This document shows, piece after piece, positions 1 to 11,184 of a stretch of DNA of 64,000 nucleotides (its first letter is position 1; every line of letters begins with the position of its first letter). The notes under the pieces are model-generated. The model was not told where the DNA came from and made no database searches. It saw nothing but the letters and a program-made list of their open reading frames with translations. Origin of the DNA: an uncultured Chloroflexia bacterium (GTDB lineage: Bacteria; Chloroflexota; Limnocylindria; QHBO01); the NCBI GenBank assembly GCA_963827475.1, contig CAWHAZ010000005.1, positions 832,001-896,000 on the forward strand, in the 5' to 3' direction. Both the position numbers and the translations under genes were made by a program.

Positions 1-1348
1 GTGGCGCTGAAGACCATCGGTCTGCTGGCGCTCATGCACCAGGCCGGCCTTCGGGTGCCCGCCGCTGCCGGCGCCCGCCTGCCGGTCTTCGCCCAGGTCT
101 TTGCCGATATCGGGGATGAGCAGGGCATCGCGCAGTCCCTTTCGACCTTCTCGTCGCACCTGCGCAACGTCGTCCGCTTCCTGGAGGCCGCCGGCCCGCG
201 GAGCCTGGTGCTGCTCGACGAGATCGGTGCCGGAACCGACCCGACCGAAGGCTCCGCCCTGGCCATGGCCGTCGTCACCGTGCTCCTCGACCGCGGCGCC
301 CTGGTCGCGGCCACGACCCACTACGCCGAGCTGAAGGCCTTCGCCGAGACCCAGCCGGGGGTGACCAACGCCGCGGTCGAGTTCGACGTCGCCACGCTGC
401 GCCCGACCTACCACCTGTCGATCGGCCTGCCGGGTGCCTCGCAGGCGTTCGCGATCGCCGAGCGGCTCGGGCTCGCGCCGGAGGTCCTTGCGCTGGCCCG
501 GGAGCGGATCTCCTCGACCCATGCCTCCCTCGAGGAAACTCTGGCCGCCATCCGACGGACCGAAGCCGAGCGCTCCGAGGCGCTGGCCAGCGCGGCCGAG
601 GAGCGCGATGACGGCCCGCGTCGAGCGGGACCGGGCGGTCGCCGGGACCGAGCGCGCCCGGCGGGAAGCGGCCCGCATCCTGGCCGAAGCCGGCCGCGTC
701 GCCGACGCGATCCTGCTGGATGCCGAACGCGACGCGGCCGAGGTCCGCAGGGCGGCTGGCCGCTCTCCGGCGACCGCGACCGTGAAGACCGGGACCGCGA
801 AGACCGCCGCGTCCAGTCCCCCGCGGCGCACGAAACCAGCCGTCCCACCCGAGCTGGCCGAGATCGCCGAACTCGCCCCGGAACCGGGCCCGCAGCCACG
901 TGTCGGCCTGTGGGGTCGCAGCCGGACGCTCGGCCAGAGCGGGCGCATCGGCGCCATCAGCGGGCGGACGGGACGGATCACCCTCGAGTCGGACGGGGCC
1001 CGGCTGGTCGTGCCCGGGGCCGACGTGGAGGTCATCGACGAGCCGCATGCCGGCCCACCACCGCGCGACGAGGCGGCCGATGAGCTCCGGCGCCGGGCGG
1101 CGGCGCAGCTCGGGACCTCACTCGACCTGCGTGGAGAGCGGGTCGAGGACGCGCTGGAGCGACTGGCGGGATACCTGGACCAGGCACTGCTGGCCGGCGC
1201 CGATGAAGCGGTGATCATTCACGGCGCCGGCACCGGCGCGCTGCGACGGGCGATCCGCGAGTACCTCGCCGGTCACCCGCGGGTCCGCGGCCAGCGTCGC
1301 GGGCGGCGCGAGGAAGGCGGGGACGGGGCGACCGTCGCCGAGCTCTAA
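1..1348 (+). CDS. mutS2: Endonuclease MutS2, 5' partial, one frameshift near 608
   Basis: Frame 1 has MutS ATPase motifs (DIGDEQ, SLSTFSSH, LLDEIGAGTDPTEG, TTHY). The 434..1348 frame ends in an Smr domain (LDLRGERVEDA, IIHGAGTGAL, GGDGAT). Confidence 0.92.
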
Positions 1349-4135
1349 GGGCTGGAGCGAGGTCGGCTCGGGGGTCGGGGTCGGCGGCGGCGTCGGCACG
1401 GGCGTGGCCTCCGGCGTCGGGGTGGCCTCCGGCGTCGGGGTGGAGGTCGGGATCTCGCCCGGGACGCACTCCTCGGTCGGCGCCAGCGGCGCGTCCAGGG
1501 CGCCGAGCGGTCCGCGCGGAATGCTCGCCTCGTTGCCGCGCATGGCGTCGATCCACGCCCGGTTCGACGCTTCCCACACCGCGTTCGGCTCGTCCCAGCC
1601 GACGAGATCGAGGAAGACCGACAGGAGCGGCGCGAGGGGCGGCTCGGGCTCCCCGCTGGGCTGCGGCCCGGTCGGCGGCGCCGGGGTGGCGGGCACGAAG
1701 TCGCCGCAACCCTGCTGCCAGATCCGGCCGGTCGCGGCCTCGATGGCCAGCTCGACGTGCGAGTCATCGGTATCGACGTTCGGCCCGTTGGCCATGAACA
1801 GCTCGGTCATGGTCTGCGTCGTGTGCTCACCGGGGGCCTGGCCGGTGATCCGGTCGATCGAGCGCTCGGTGATCCCGTCGGGTCGCACGAAGTCGCGGAT
1901 GGGCAGGGCATTGAGCGCGGTGACCTCGGCCATGTAGTCGTGCCAGATGAAGGTCGGGCCGTCCGCGGCGAAGACCGAGTCGATCGAGGAGAAGTCGCTG
2001 TTGCCGACCCAGACGCCGGTCATGATCGCGCCCTCGTCGATCTCCGGGTCGGCGTCGGCGGCGAGGAAGCCGAAGGCCTGCAGATCGCGGAAGTCGGTCG
2101 TGGTGCCGGTCTTCAGGGTCGCCGGCCGTCGGCCGGCATCGGTCAGCAGCTGGAAGCGCGGGCCCCACAGCGAGTTCTGGGCCGGATCGGTGTTGTCGGC
2201 CAGGATGTCGGTCGTCAGGTACGCGGCCTGCGCGGAGATGGCCTGCACCGGATCGGGGCCGTCCACCGAGCGCTCGTAGATGACGTTCCCATCCCGGTCG
2301 AGGATCCGTTCGACCAGGTATGGCGCGTTGTAGATGCCCCCGTTGGCCAGCGCCCCGTATGACGCGGCAAGGTCGATCATCCGGACGCCGATCGTGCCGA
2401 GGGTGAGCGAGGCGACGTGGGGATCCTGGTTCGGGTCCCACTCGAGGCCGAGACGCTCGGCCTGGTCCACGACCTGCTCTGTGCCGATCAGCTGCTGGGC
2501 CTTGGTGACCGGGATGTTCAGCGAGTACTTCAGCGCGTCGCGGACCCGAACCGGTCCGCGCTCGCGGTTGTCGGCGTCGTGGACCGCGTAGCCGGGCACG
2601 ATCTCGGTCTCGACGTCCATGAGCATCGTGGCCGGCGTGATCGTTCCGGTCTCGAAGCCGGTGGCATAAGTGATCGGCTTGAAGGCCGAACCTGACTGGC
2701 GGAAGGCCTGGCCCACGACGTCGTACTGCGGCTGGTGGATGGGGGTCACCTCGCCGTAGAAGTTGGCGCTGCCGACGTAGGCCACCACCGCCCCGGTCCG
2801 GTAGTTCAGCGAGACGATGGCGTCGTTGCCGATGTTCCGTCCCTGGAGCTGGTTGATCCAGGCCATCGCACCGGCGCCGTAGCGCGCGGCGAGCTCTTCA
2901 TCGGTCAGGCGGTCCATGTCGTACACCACCTGGGCCCACTTCTCGGCCGACACCTGGTAGCCCTCGTACATGAGGGTCGTCTCGATCGTCAGCCCGCCGC
3001 GGTCGATGATGTCCTCCGAGCCGAGCAGCTCGGCGACCTCCCGCCGCGTGGCGTAGACGAAGTGGGGGGCCAGGTAGCGCGGAACCTCGGGCACGACCAC
3101 GTACACCGGCTCGTCGAGGATCTCGTTGCGCTCCACCTCGGGCAGGTACTCGAGCTCGACCATGTCGTTGAGCACGTCATTGCGGATGAGGACCGGCTGG
3201 GCGTCGGCCGGCACCTCGAGCAGGTTCGCGATCGGCTGGCCCGCGTCGTCGGTGGCCGGGATGGCGTACTGGGTCGGGTCGAGCTCGGAGGGTGCCCGGA
3301 GCAGGCCCGCCAGGAGCGCGGCCTCGGCCGGGGTGACCACGTTCGGGTCGGGCGGCGGCTCCGGTGCGGGGCTCGCGCCCGGGCTGGGGGCCGGGGTCGG
3401 GACCGGCGTGGGTGCGACGCTCGGAGCGGGGCTCGCGTCGGGGTCGGTCGGCGTTTCGGTCACCAGCAGGAAGTCCTTGCCGAAGTACCGATCCACCGCG
3501 GCCCAGATCCCGTACCCGTTGTTGCCGTAGTACATCTCGTTCAGGAAGAACTCCATGATCTGCTCCTTGCCCTCGAGGCCCGGGTAGGCCGCGTCGAGCT
3601 CGAGCGCGAGCATCGCTTCCTTGATCTTCCGCTCCAGCTGGCGGGTGGGATCGGCCATGAGGTCGGGCGGCAGCAGCACGCTGCGGACGAGCTGCTGGCA
3701 GATCGTCGAGGCGCCGGACACCACGTCCCCGGCGGACACGTTCTGGAGGAAGGCACGTACGATGGCCCGCGGGTCCACGCACGGGTTGTCCCAGTACGTG
3801 TGGTCCTCGGCCGCCACGGTGGCGTCGACGATGACGGTTGGAATCTGCTCGTAGTCCACCACGCGTCGGTTCGTCTCGGCGAAGGTGGCCAGCTCCCGCT
3901 CGTCGGCGGAGACGACCATCGAGCCCTCGTCGGGTGCGTACTCCTCGAGCACGGTGACGTCGGGGAGCGAGCTCGCGTACGAGGAGTACAGCAGCACGGC
4001 GGCCAGCACCATCCCGCCCGCCAGCACGCCGAAGACGGCGAAAATCACGGCGGGGAGAGGCTGGATGCGCTTCTGCGAAGCGGCGCCGGCCTGGGCGGGC
4101 GGGTAGCCCGCCGGCGGCGGAGGTGACGAGGTCAC
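1345..4135 (-). CDS. Class A penicillin-binding protein (GT51 transglycosylase + transpeptidase) with Pro/Thr-rich linkers
   Basis: TM anchor, GT51 motifs (AAEDHTY, GASTICQQL, RKIKE) and transpeptidase motifs SAFK, SLN, KTGT. GTG start at 4135 is inferred. The true stop is probably 1345 after an indel near 1362; the listed ORF reads on into mutS2. Confidence 0.88.
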
Positions 4136-4223
4136 GGCCGCGAACTCTAACAGAGCAACCTCCGGAACGCCCGCGGGCAGGCCGGGCGGGCCGTGCGGTG
4201 AACGGGCCGGGTACCATCGGCCG

Positions 4224-5432
4224 ATGGAACGGGACGCGGCCATCGAGACCGTCCTCAGCCGCCGGGTGGCCCAGGTCGTGGAGGCGGACGCCCTGCGGAC
4301 CATGCTCCGCGGCGACCGGCCGCTGCGCGTGAAGCTCGGGATCGACCCCACCAGCCCGGACCTGCACATCGGTCATGCGGTCGTCCTCGAGCGCATCCGG
4401 GCCTTCCAGGATCTCGGCCACACCGCGGTCCTGGTGGTCGGGGACACGACAGCCCAGATCGGGGACCCATCGGAGAAGAACGCGACCAGACCGATGCTGT
4501 CGCGGGACGAGGTCCGGGCCAACGCCGAGACGTACCTGGCCCAGTTCCACCTCGTCGTCGACGAGTCTCGAACCGAGGTCCGATGGCAGTCGGAGTGGTT
4601 CGACGAGTTCCGGCTCCGCGAGGTCTTCGCGCTCATGAGCCGGTTCACCCTGGCCCGCATGATCGAACGCGACACGTTTGCCAAGCGCCTGGCGGAGGGG
4701 GCGCCGGTGTCGATGCACGAGACGATGTACCCGCTGCTGCAGGCCTATGACTCGGTCGCGGTCGAGGCGGACGTCGAGCTCGGTGGCACCGACCAGACCT
4801 TCAACCTGCTCGTCGGGCGGGACGTGCAGCGCGACTACGGGCAGGCCCCCCAGCAGATCATGACCTCCGAGCTCCTGGTCGGGATCGACGGCGTCCAGAA
4901 GATGAGCAAGTCGCTGGGCAACGCGATCGGCCTGACCGATGCGCCCTACGACATGTACGCCCGGACGTTGAGCATCCCCGATGACCTGCTCCCGAACTGG
5001 GCCGGCCTGGTCACCCGCTGGACCGATGACGAGACGCGCGCCTTCCTCGTCGGCCTCGAGGCCGACCGGATCCACCCCAAGGCGGCGAAGCAACGCGTCG
5101 CCCGCGAGATCGTGTCCCGATGGCATGACGACGACGCGGCCGACGCCGCCGAGGAGCGCTGGGAGCGCGAGGTCGGCGGGGGAGAGGGCATCACGCTGTC
5201 GGACCTGGAGGAAGTTGAGGTGTCCGTGCCGCTGGCCGGTATCAGCCTGCCGGACCTGCTCGTCGTCGCCGGCCTGGCGTCGTCACGGGGTGTCGGCCGC
5301 CGTCTCGTCCGCCAGGGCGGGGTGCGGGTCGATGGCGAGGTGCAGGTCGACGAGAACCGGATGTTCGCGGCGGGGATCATGCACGAGGTGCGGGTCGGCA
5401 AGCGCTCCGCGGCGCGCGTCAACCTGACGTGA
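4224..5432 (+). CDS. tyrS: Tyrosine--tRNA ligase
   Basis: GIDPTSPDLHIGH, YPLLQAYD, GGTDQTFN, KMSKS and a C-terminal S4-like domain. Confidence 0.97.
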   Translation: MERDAAIETVLSRRVAQVVEADALRTMLRGDRPLRVKLGIDPTSPDLHIGHAVVLERIRAFQDLGHTAVLVVGDTTAQIGDPSEKNATRPMLSRDEVRANAETYLAQFHLVVDESRTEVRWQSEWFDEFRLREVFALMSRFTLARMIERDTFAKRLAEGAPVSMHETMYPLLQAYDSVAVEADVELGGTDQTFNLLVGRDVQRDYGQAPQQIMTSELLVGIDGVQKMSKSLGNAIGLTDAPYDMYARTLSIPDDLLPNWAGLVTRWTDDETRAFLVGLEADRIHPKAAKQRVAREIVSRWHDDDAADAAEERWEREVGGGEGITLSDLEEVEVSVPLAGISLPDLLVVAGLASSRGVGRRLVRQGGVRVDGEVQVDENRMFAAGIMHEVRVGKRSAARVNLT

Positions 5433-5451
5433 CCCGCCCCGGTCGGCGGCC

Positions 5452-7530
5452 TCAGTGCCCTCGTTCGGGGGCGGTGGCCTTGGCCTGGTGCTCGGCGATG
5501 ACCTTCTCGGCAATGGTGTGCGGCACCTCGGCGTAGTGGTCGAGTGCCTGCGCGAACCGGCCGCGGCCCTGGGTGATCGACCGCAGCTCGGTGGCGTAGT
5601 GGAACATCTCGGCCTGCGGGATCTGGGCCCGCAGGTGCTGGGTGCCGTCCACCGAGTTCATGCCCAGCACGTGCCCGCGCTTGGCGGTGATCTGGCCCAT
5701 CACGTCGCCCATGTACTCGTCGGGGACGATGACCTCGACCTCCAGGATGGGCTCCAAGAGGGTCGGATCCGCCTCGCCGAACGCCCTGGTGAGCGCCTGC
5801 GAGGCGGCGATCTTGAACGCCATCTCTGAGGAGTCCACGGTGTGGTACGAGCCATCGACCAGGGTGGCTTTCATGTCGACCACCGGGTAGCCAGCCAGGA
5901 CGCCCTCCGACATCTTCTCGCGGAGTCCCTTCTCCACGGCCGGGATGTACTGCTTGGGCACGGCTCCGCCGACAATCCGGTCGCCGAACACGAACCCCTC
6001 GCCCGACTCGTTCGGCTCGAACTCGATCACGACATGTCCGAACTGGCCGTGGCCGCCTGTCTGGCGCTTGAACCGGTTGTCGACCTTGATCGACCTGCGG
6101 ATCGTCTCGCGGTAGGGCACCCGGGGCGTGCCGGTCTTCACCGCCGCCCCGAACTTCCGCTTCAGTCGCTCGACGATGACGTCGACGTGGGTGTCCCCCA
6201 TGGCGGTCAGGATCGTCTGGGACGTCGCCTCCTCGCGGTGGACCCGCATGCACGGATCCTCCTCGACGATCCGGCTCAGCGCCTGGCCGAGCTTGTCGAG
6301 ATCGGCCTTGGACTCCGGTTCGACCGCGACCTGGAGGGTGGGCTCCGGGAAGTCGAGGGCCGGCAGCTGCACGGCCGACGCGCGATCCGCGACCAGGGTG
6401 TCGCCGGTGTGGGTCGAGGTCAGCTTGGCGACGGCCACGATGTCTCCGGGGCCCGCCTGCGGCATGTTGACCTGGTCCTTGCCCTGGAGGCCGAGGATGT
6501 TGCCGAACCGCTCGTCGTCTCGGCGATTGGCGTTGTGCAGATGGCCCTGCGCCTTCACCGTGCCGGACACGACCCGGAAGTAGCTCAGCCGGCCGACGAA
6601 CGGGTCGGCCGTGACCTTGAACACCTGGGCAACGAAGGGGCCGGCCGGATCGGGCTCGATGACCTTGTCATCGGTCGTGGTCCGTGCGCCGACCTCGGCC
6701 GGCGACGGCACGTGGCGGGCGATCATCCGAGTGAGCTCCCGCACGCCGATGTTGCGCTCCGCTGAACCCACGAACACGGGCACCACGGACCCATCGCGGG
6801 TCCCGGCATGGAGGGCCGTTTCGATCTCCTCGTCACTGATCTCCTCGCCCTCGAGGTACTTCAGCATCAGCTCGTCGCTGGCCTCGGCCGCGGCCTCGAT
6901 CAGTGCCGTGCGGCGCGACTCCTCGGCGGTACGCATCTCGTCCGGGATGGGCACCTCCTTCGCTTCCCCGTTCTCGTAGATGCTCGCGTGCTGCTCGACG
7001 ACGTCGATGTAGCCGCGGAAGGTCTCCGCCGAGCCGATGGGCAGGTAGACGGGCGCGATCTTCGGCCCGAAGGCGGCCTTCAGCTGGTCGAGCGCCGCGT
7101 CGTAGTTCGCGTTCTCGCGGTCCATCTTGTTGATGAACACCATGCGCGGCAGGCGGCGCTGGTCGGCCAGTCGCCAGACGGCCTCCGTCCCGACCTCCAC
7201 TCCGGCGGACGCGTCGATGACCACGATCGCGGCGTCCACCGCGGCCAGGGCCTGGACGACATCGGCCTGGAAGTCGGCATACCCCGGCGTGTCGACGATC
7301 GTGATCCGGGCGCCTTCGGTCTCGAAGGTGCCGATCCCCAGGTTGATGGACTGGTGCCGGCGCTGCTCGTCGGGCTCCCAGTCGAGGGCGGCGGTGCCGG
7401 CCTCGACCGATCCGAGCCTTGGGATGGCGCCGGCATCGAACAGGATGGCCTCGCCCAGGCTCGTCTTCCCGGATCCGCCATGACCGATGAGGGCGACGTT
7501 GCGGATCCGATCGGGCGTGGTCGGCTTCAA
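5452..7530 (-). CDS. fusA: Elongation factor G-like protein (EF-G2 type)
   Basis: GHGGSGKT, DTPGY, NKMD, KRQTGGHGQF, DSSEMAF, LLEPI. Located outside the str operon, with a divergent switch I (RHQSI). Confidence 0.93.
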   Translation of the reverse strand: MKPTTPDRIRNVALIGHGGSGKTSLGEAILFDAGAIPRLGSVEAGTAALDWEPDEQRRHQSINLGIGTFETEGARITIVDTPGYADFQADVVQALAAVDAAIVVIDASAGVEVGTEAVWRLADQRRLPRMVFINKMDRENANYDAALDQLKAAFGPKIAPVYLPIGSAETFRGYIDVVEQHASIYENGEAKEVPIPDEMRTAEESRRTALIEAAAEASDELMLKYLEGEEISDEEIETALHAGTRDGSVVPVFVGSAERNIGVRELTRMIARHVPSPAEVGARTTTDDKVIEPDPAGPFVAQVFKVTADPFVGRLSYFRVVSGTVKAQGHLHNANRRDDERFGNILGLQGKDQVNMPQAGPGDIVAVAKLTSTHTGDTLVADRASAVQLPALDFPEPTLQVAVEPESKADLDKLGQALSRIVEEDPCMRVHREEATSQTILTAMGDTHVDVIVERLKRKFGAAVKTGTPRVPYRETIRRSIKVDNRFKRQTGGHGQFGHVVIEFEPNESGEGFVFGDRIVGGAVPKQYIPAVEKGLREKMSEGVLAGYPVVDMKATLVDGSYHTVDSSEMAFKIAASQALTRAFGEADPTLLEPILEVEVIVPDEYMGDVMGQITAKRGHVLGMNSVDGTQHLRAQIPQAEMFHYATELRSITQGRGRFAQALDHYAEVPHTIAEKVIAEHQAKATAPERGH

Positions 7531-7553
7531 GGCTGTTCCTCCGGCGGGCGGTC

Positions 7554-7559
7554 ATTATA
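7554..7559 (-). promoter_or_regulatory. -10 box (TATAAT) for fusA
   Basis: Minus strand reads TATAAT, a short leader, then GGAGG and the TTG start at 7530. Confidence 0.6.
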
Positions 7560-7692
7560 AGAACTGCCGACCGATTGGCGGTTTGGCGCGACACCGGCCG
7601 CTATCCTGAGCCGACATGCGCCCCGTCCGGTCCGCATCACCGATGAACCAGGCACTGGTGTCCCGTGCGGTCGCGCGGGCGGCTCGTCGCCG

Positions 7693-9849
7693 ATGACCGC
7701 CCATTCGCACCAACAGGTGCCGCGCTGGCTCGTCCGGGCCGGCGCATTCAGCTGGCGGATCGCGGTCCTCATCGCGCTGGGAGCGGTGCTCACCTGGCTC
7801 GCCTTCACGCTGGCCACGGTGACTGCCGCGGTGATCGTGGCCGTGATCGTGGCGGCCACCTTCGCCCCACTCGGACAGGGGCTGCGCCGCCGCGGCTGGT
7901 CGGGAACGGCCAGCGCGGCCGCGGTCACCGGGGCGGCGGTCCTGGTAGGCGGGATTCTCCTCCTGCTCCTGGCGCTCGCGTTTGTGCCCTACATCCCGGG
8001 CGTGGTGGCGGCCGTGCAGGCCGGCATCGAGTCGATCAGCGAACAGGCCGCGGCGTCACCGGAGCTGGCCGAGCAATTCGCGGCCATCAGCGCCAGCATC
8101 CAGGCCTGGCTCTCGGACAATGTCGCCGCCCTCGTCGGCCGGGCCGCCAACGCGGTGACCGTGATCCTCCTCGCGCTGTTCCTGACCTTCTTCCTGCTCC
8201 AGGATGGGGAGGCGGGCTGGGGACGCGCGATCGACATGACCGAGGGCTGGCGCCGCGACCGGATCGACGTGGCGGGACACGAGGCCCTGGAGCGAGTTGG
8301 AGGCTACCTCCGGGGCACCGCGGTGCTCTCCGCGATCGTGGCCGTCACCAACCTGGCGTACTTGACCCTGCTCGGCGTCTCGCTGGCGGCGCCGCTGGCC
8401 ATCCTGTCCTTCGTCGGCGGATTCATCCCGTACATCGGCGGTCTGATTGCCACCGGCGTCATCCTCATCACCGCCTGGGGATCCGAGGGAGCCCAGACCG
8501 CGATCATCCTGCTCATCCTGATCTCGGTGACGCGGGTGGTCGTCTCCAACATCCTGCGGCCGATGGTCTACGGGTCGCGGGTCCGCCTCCATCCGGGGAT
8601 CATTCTCCTCGTCCTGCCCGCCGGCGCCGCGATTGCGGGCATCGTCGGGGTCTTTGCCGCGGTGCCGGTCACGGTGTTCGTCGCCTCTCTGACGTCATCG
8701 GTCGTTGCCGCTCTCGATCCGGACCTGCCGCTCGAGGAAGAGCCGATGGTGCCGCACTGGCTCGACCGCGTGGCGCAATGGGCCTGGCGCCTGCTGGCCA
8801 TCGTGGCCGTGCTGGTGGCCGTCGTCCTCATCCTCGCCCTCATCCCCATCGTGGTGGCGCCCATCCTCCTGGCCGCCATCCTGGCCGCCTCCGTGGCCCC
8901 GCTGGTGGCGGCACTCCGCCGGCGCGGCTGGAGCAGCCAGCGCGCCGCGCTGGTGGTCACCGGTGGATCGGTCCTCTCCATCGTCGCGATCGTGGTCGTG
9001 GCCGTCGTGGCGCTGGGCCCGGGCGTGGCCGGCGCGATCGAAGGCGGCGTCTCCGGCGCCGAGGGGGCGGACGAGGCCACGGGCGGCCTCCTGGGATGGC
9101 TGGGATCCGCGTCGGCCGAGGTGGGAACCTCGATCGTGGGAGCGGTGACGGGGATCCTGGCTGCCGTCTCGTCTCTGGCCGTCGTCCTGCTCCTCGCCAG
9201 TCTCCTGACGTTCTACCTCCTCCGTGACGGTCGGAAGGGATGGGACCGGGTTCTCGAGCCTCTCCACGGCTGGCAGCGGGGCGAGCTCGAAACGACGATG
9301 CGGGACTCGATCGGCGTGCTCGGAGGCTACATGGGCGGAACGGCGGTCATTTCCGCCGTGGGGGCGGTTTCGCAGCTCCTGATCATGCTCCTGCTCGATC
9401 TGCCATTCGCTGTCCCGGTCGCGATCCTGTCCTTCTTCGCCTGCTTCATCCCGTACGTCGGTGGGTTCATCACGACGGGGCTCGCCTTCCTCATCGCGGT
9501 GGCCTATGGCGACGTGGCCACGATCGTGATCATGGGCATCTACACCGTCGTGTTCAACATCGTCCAGGGCAATGTCGTCACGCCCCTCGTCTACCGCCGC
9601 GCCGTGCACCTCCACCCCGCCGTCATCCTCCTCGCCATTCCGGCCGGCGGGGCCCTGGCCGGGATCCTCGGCATGTTCATGGCGGTTCCGATCCTGGCCC
9701 TGATCGTCACGGCGAGGCTCCCGATCATGCGCCTGCTCGGCGGTGAGCCCGCGGAAACGGACGCCCCCTCGGGCGCGACGTCGGCAGTCAGCTCGGCGGC
9801 CTCGACGGGATCAGGGCCAGCCTCGGAGGCCGTCCCGGAGGCCGGGTAG
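7693..9849 (+). CDS. AI-2E family transporter with two tandem domains
   Basis: Two homologous halves (LRRRGWS, F/IPYxGG, LHPxxILL.xPAG), highly hydrophobic. Confidence 0.88.
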   Translation: MTAHSHQQVPRWLVRAGAFSWRIAVLIALGAVLTWLAFTLATVTAAVIVAVIVAATFAPLGQGLRRRGWSGTASAAAVTGAAVLVGGILLLLLALAFVPYIPGVVAAVQAGIESISEQAAASPELAEQFAAISASIQAWLSDNVAALVGRAANAVTVILLALFLTFFLLQDGEAGWGRAIDMTEGWRRDRIDVAGHEALERVGGYLRGTAVLSAIVAVTNLAYLTLLGVSLAAPLAILSFVGGFIPYIGGLIATGVILITAWGSEGAQTAIILLILISVTRVVVSNILRPMVYGSRVRLHPGIILLVLPAGAAIAGIVGVFAAVPVTVFVASLTSSVVAALDPDLPLEEEPMVPHWLDRVAQWAWRLLAIVAVLVAVVLILALIPIVVAPILLAAILAASVAPLVAALRRRGWSSQRAALVVTGGSVLSIVAIVVVAVVALGPGVAGAIEGGVSGAEGADEATGGLLGWLGSASAEVGTSIVGAVTGILAAVSSLAVVLLLASLLTFYLLRDGRKGWDRVLEPLHGWQRGELETTMRDSIGVLGGYMGGTAVISAVGAVSQLLIMLLLDLPFAVPVAILSFFACFIPYVGGFITTGLAFLIAVAYGDVATIVIMGIYTVVFNIVQGNVVTPLVYRRAVHLHPAVILLAIPAGGALAGILGMFMAVPILALIVTARLPIMRLLGGEPAETDAPSGATSAVSSAASTGSGPASEAVPEAG

Positions 9850-9946
9850 TCCTGCCGGTCGGTCTGGGTCGTCAGCATTTGGCGGGCTATTCCACCCGTC
9901 GCGCGCATGCAGCGCCGCTCGGTTTCGCGTCGTAGTCTTAGGAACG

Positions 9947-10711
9947 ATGTCCGGTCATAGCAAGTGGTCGCAGATCAAGCGCCAGAAGGGCGCGAATGAC
10001 GCCAAGCGCGGGGCGCTGTTCACGAAGTTGACGCGCGAGATCATCACCGCGGCTCGGCAGGGCGGCCCCGACACCGAGGCCAACTACCGCCTCCGGATGG
10101 CCGTCGACAAGGCACGGGCCAACTCGATGCCGGCGGACAACATCAAACGGGCCATCGAGCGCGCCACGGGCGCCGGCGGCGAGGCCGAGCAGTACGAGGA
10201 GATCACCTACGAGGGCCTCGGGCCGGAGAACGTCGCGGTCATCGTCGCCACCATGACCGACAACAAGAACCGCACGGCCGCCGAGGTCCGCGCCATCTTC
10301 ACCCGGGCCGGTGGCTCCTTCGCCCCCGTTTCGTGGCAGTTCGAACATCGCGGCCTGCTGTCGGTGCCGCTCAACGGCAACGATCCGGACGAGGTGTCCC
10401 TGGCGGCAATCGACGCGGGAGCGGTCGACGTGGGCACACCGGACGGCGGCACGATCGTGGTCGTGACCGATCCGGCCCGCCTGGAAGCGGTCCGCAGCGC
10501 GCTGACCGATGCCGGCTATCCGCCCGAGACGGCTGAGGTGTCCATGGAGCCGACGACGAGAGTCGAGATCGGCGACGAGAAGGGCGCACGCCACGTCCTG
10601 GACTTCGTCGAGCGCCTCGAAGACCTTGATGACGTGCAATCGGTCTACGCCAACTTCGACATCCCCGACGCGTTGATGGAGCAGCTCGAGGCCTCGGTCG
10701 TCGGGGGATGA
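9947..10711 (+). CDS. yebC: YebC/PmpR family protein
   Basis: MSGHSKWSQIK start, TDNKNRT, LEDLDDVQSVYAN; lies upstream of ruvC. Confidence 0.95.
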   Translation: MSGHSKWSQIKRQKGANDAKRGALFTKLTREIITAARQGGPDTEANYRLRMAVDKARANSMPADNIKRAIERATGAGGEAEQYEEITYEGLGPENVAVIVATMTDNKNRTAAEVRAIFTRAGGSFAPVSWQFEHRGLLSVPLNGNDPDEVSLAAIDAGAVDVGTPDGGTIVVVTDPARLEAVRSALTDAGYPPETAEVSMEPTTRVEIGDEKGARHVLDFVERLEDLDDVQSVYANFDIPDALMEQLEASVVGG

Positions 10712-11184
10712 TCGCGCTCGGCATCGATCCCGGGACGGCAGCCTGCGGATTCGGGATCGTCGCCTCCGACGGGGCGAGCCTGCGGTTCGTGGATGCCGGA
10801 ACAGTCCGGACCGACCCGGCGTCGACCGACGCGGCTCGGCTGGCGGAGCTGGAAGCCGCGCTGGACCAGCTCGTGGCGGAGCACCACCCCGACCGGGTGG
10901 CGGTCGAGCGCCTCTACTTCCAGCGGAACGTGCAGACCGCGATGGCCGTCGGCCAGGCACGCGGCGTGGCCCTCCTCGTCGCGGCCCGCCACGGGTTGCC
11001 GGTCACCGAGCCCACCCCGAACGAGGTGAAGCTCGCGGTCTGCGGCAACGGCGCGGCCGACAAGCGGCAGGTCGCGGTGATGGTCGGGCGCCTGCTCGGC
11101 GTCCGCCTCAACGGTGCCGCGGACGACGCCACCGACGCCCTGGCGGTGGCGATCGGTGCCCTCGCCCCGGGGAGCATCCGGTGA
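10708..11184 (+). CDS. ruvC: Holliday junction resolvase RuvC
   Basis: LGIDPG, AVERLYF, GAADKRQV, DDATDALAVA. Confidence 0.95.
   Translation: MIALGIDPGTAACGFGIVASDGASLRFVDAGTVRTDPASTDAARLAELEAALDQLVAEHHPDRVAVERLYFQRNVQTAMAVGQARGVALLVAARHGLPVTEPTPNEVKLAVCGNGAADKRQVAVMVGRLLGVRLNGAADDATDALAVAIGALAPGSIR

Noticed and set aside
1118-1348. Real 230-nt overlap between PBP and mutS2
   Set aside because: A single indel near 1362 would stop PBP at 1345, giving an ordinary short convergent overlap.
1380-1445. Short tandem repeats in the PBP tail (and GAGTCACCCGGC x2 near 57783)
   Set aside because: Ordinary low-complexity linker coding (PTPEAT, GDSP).
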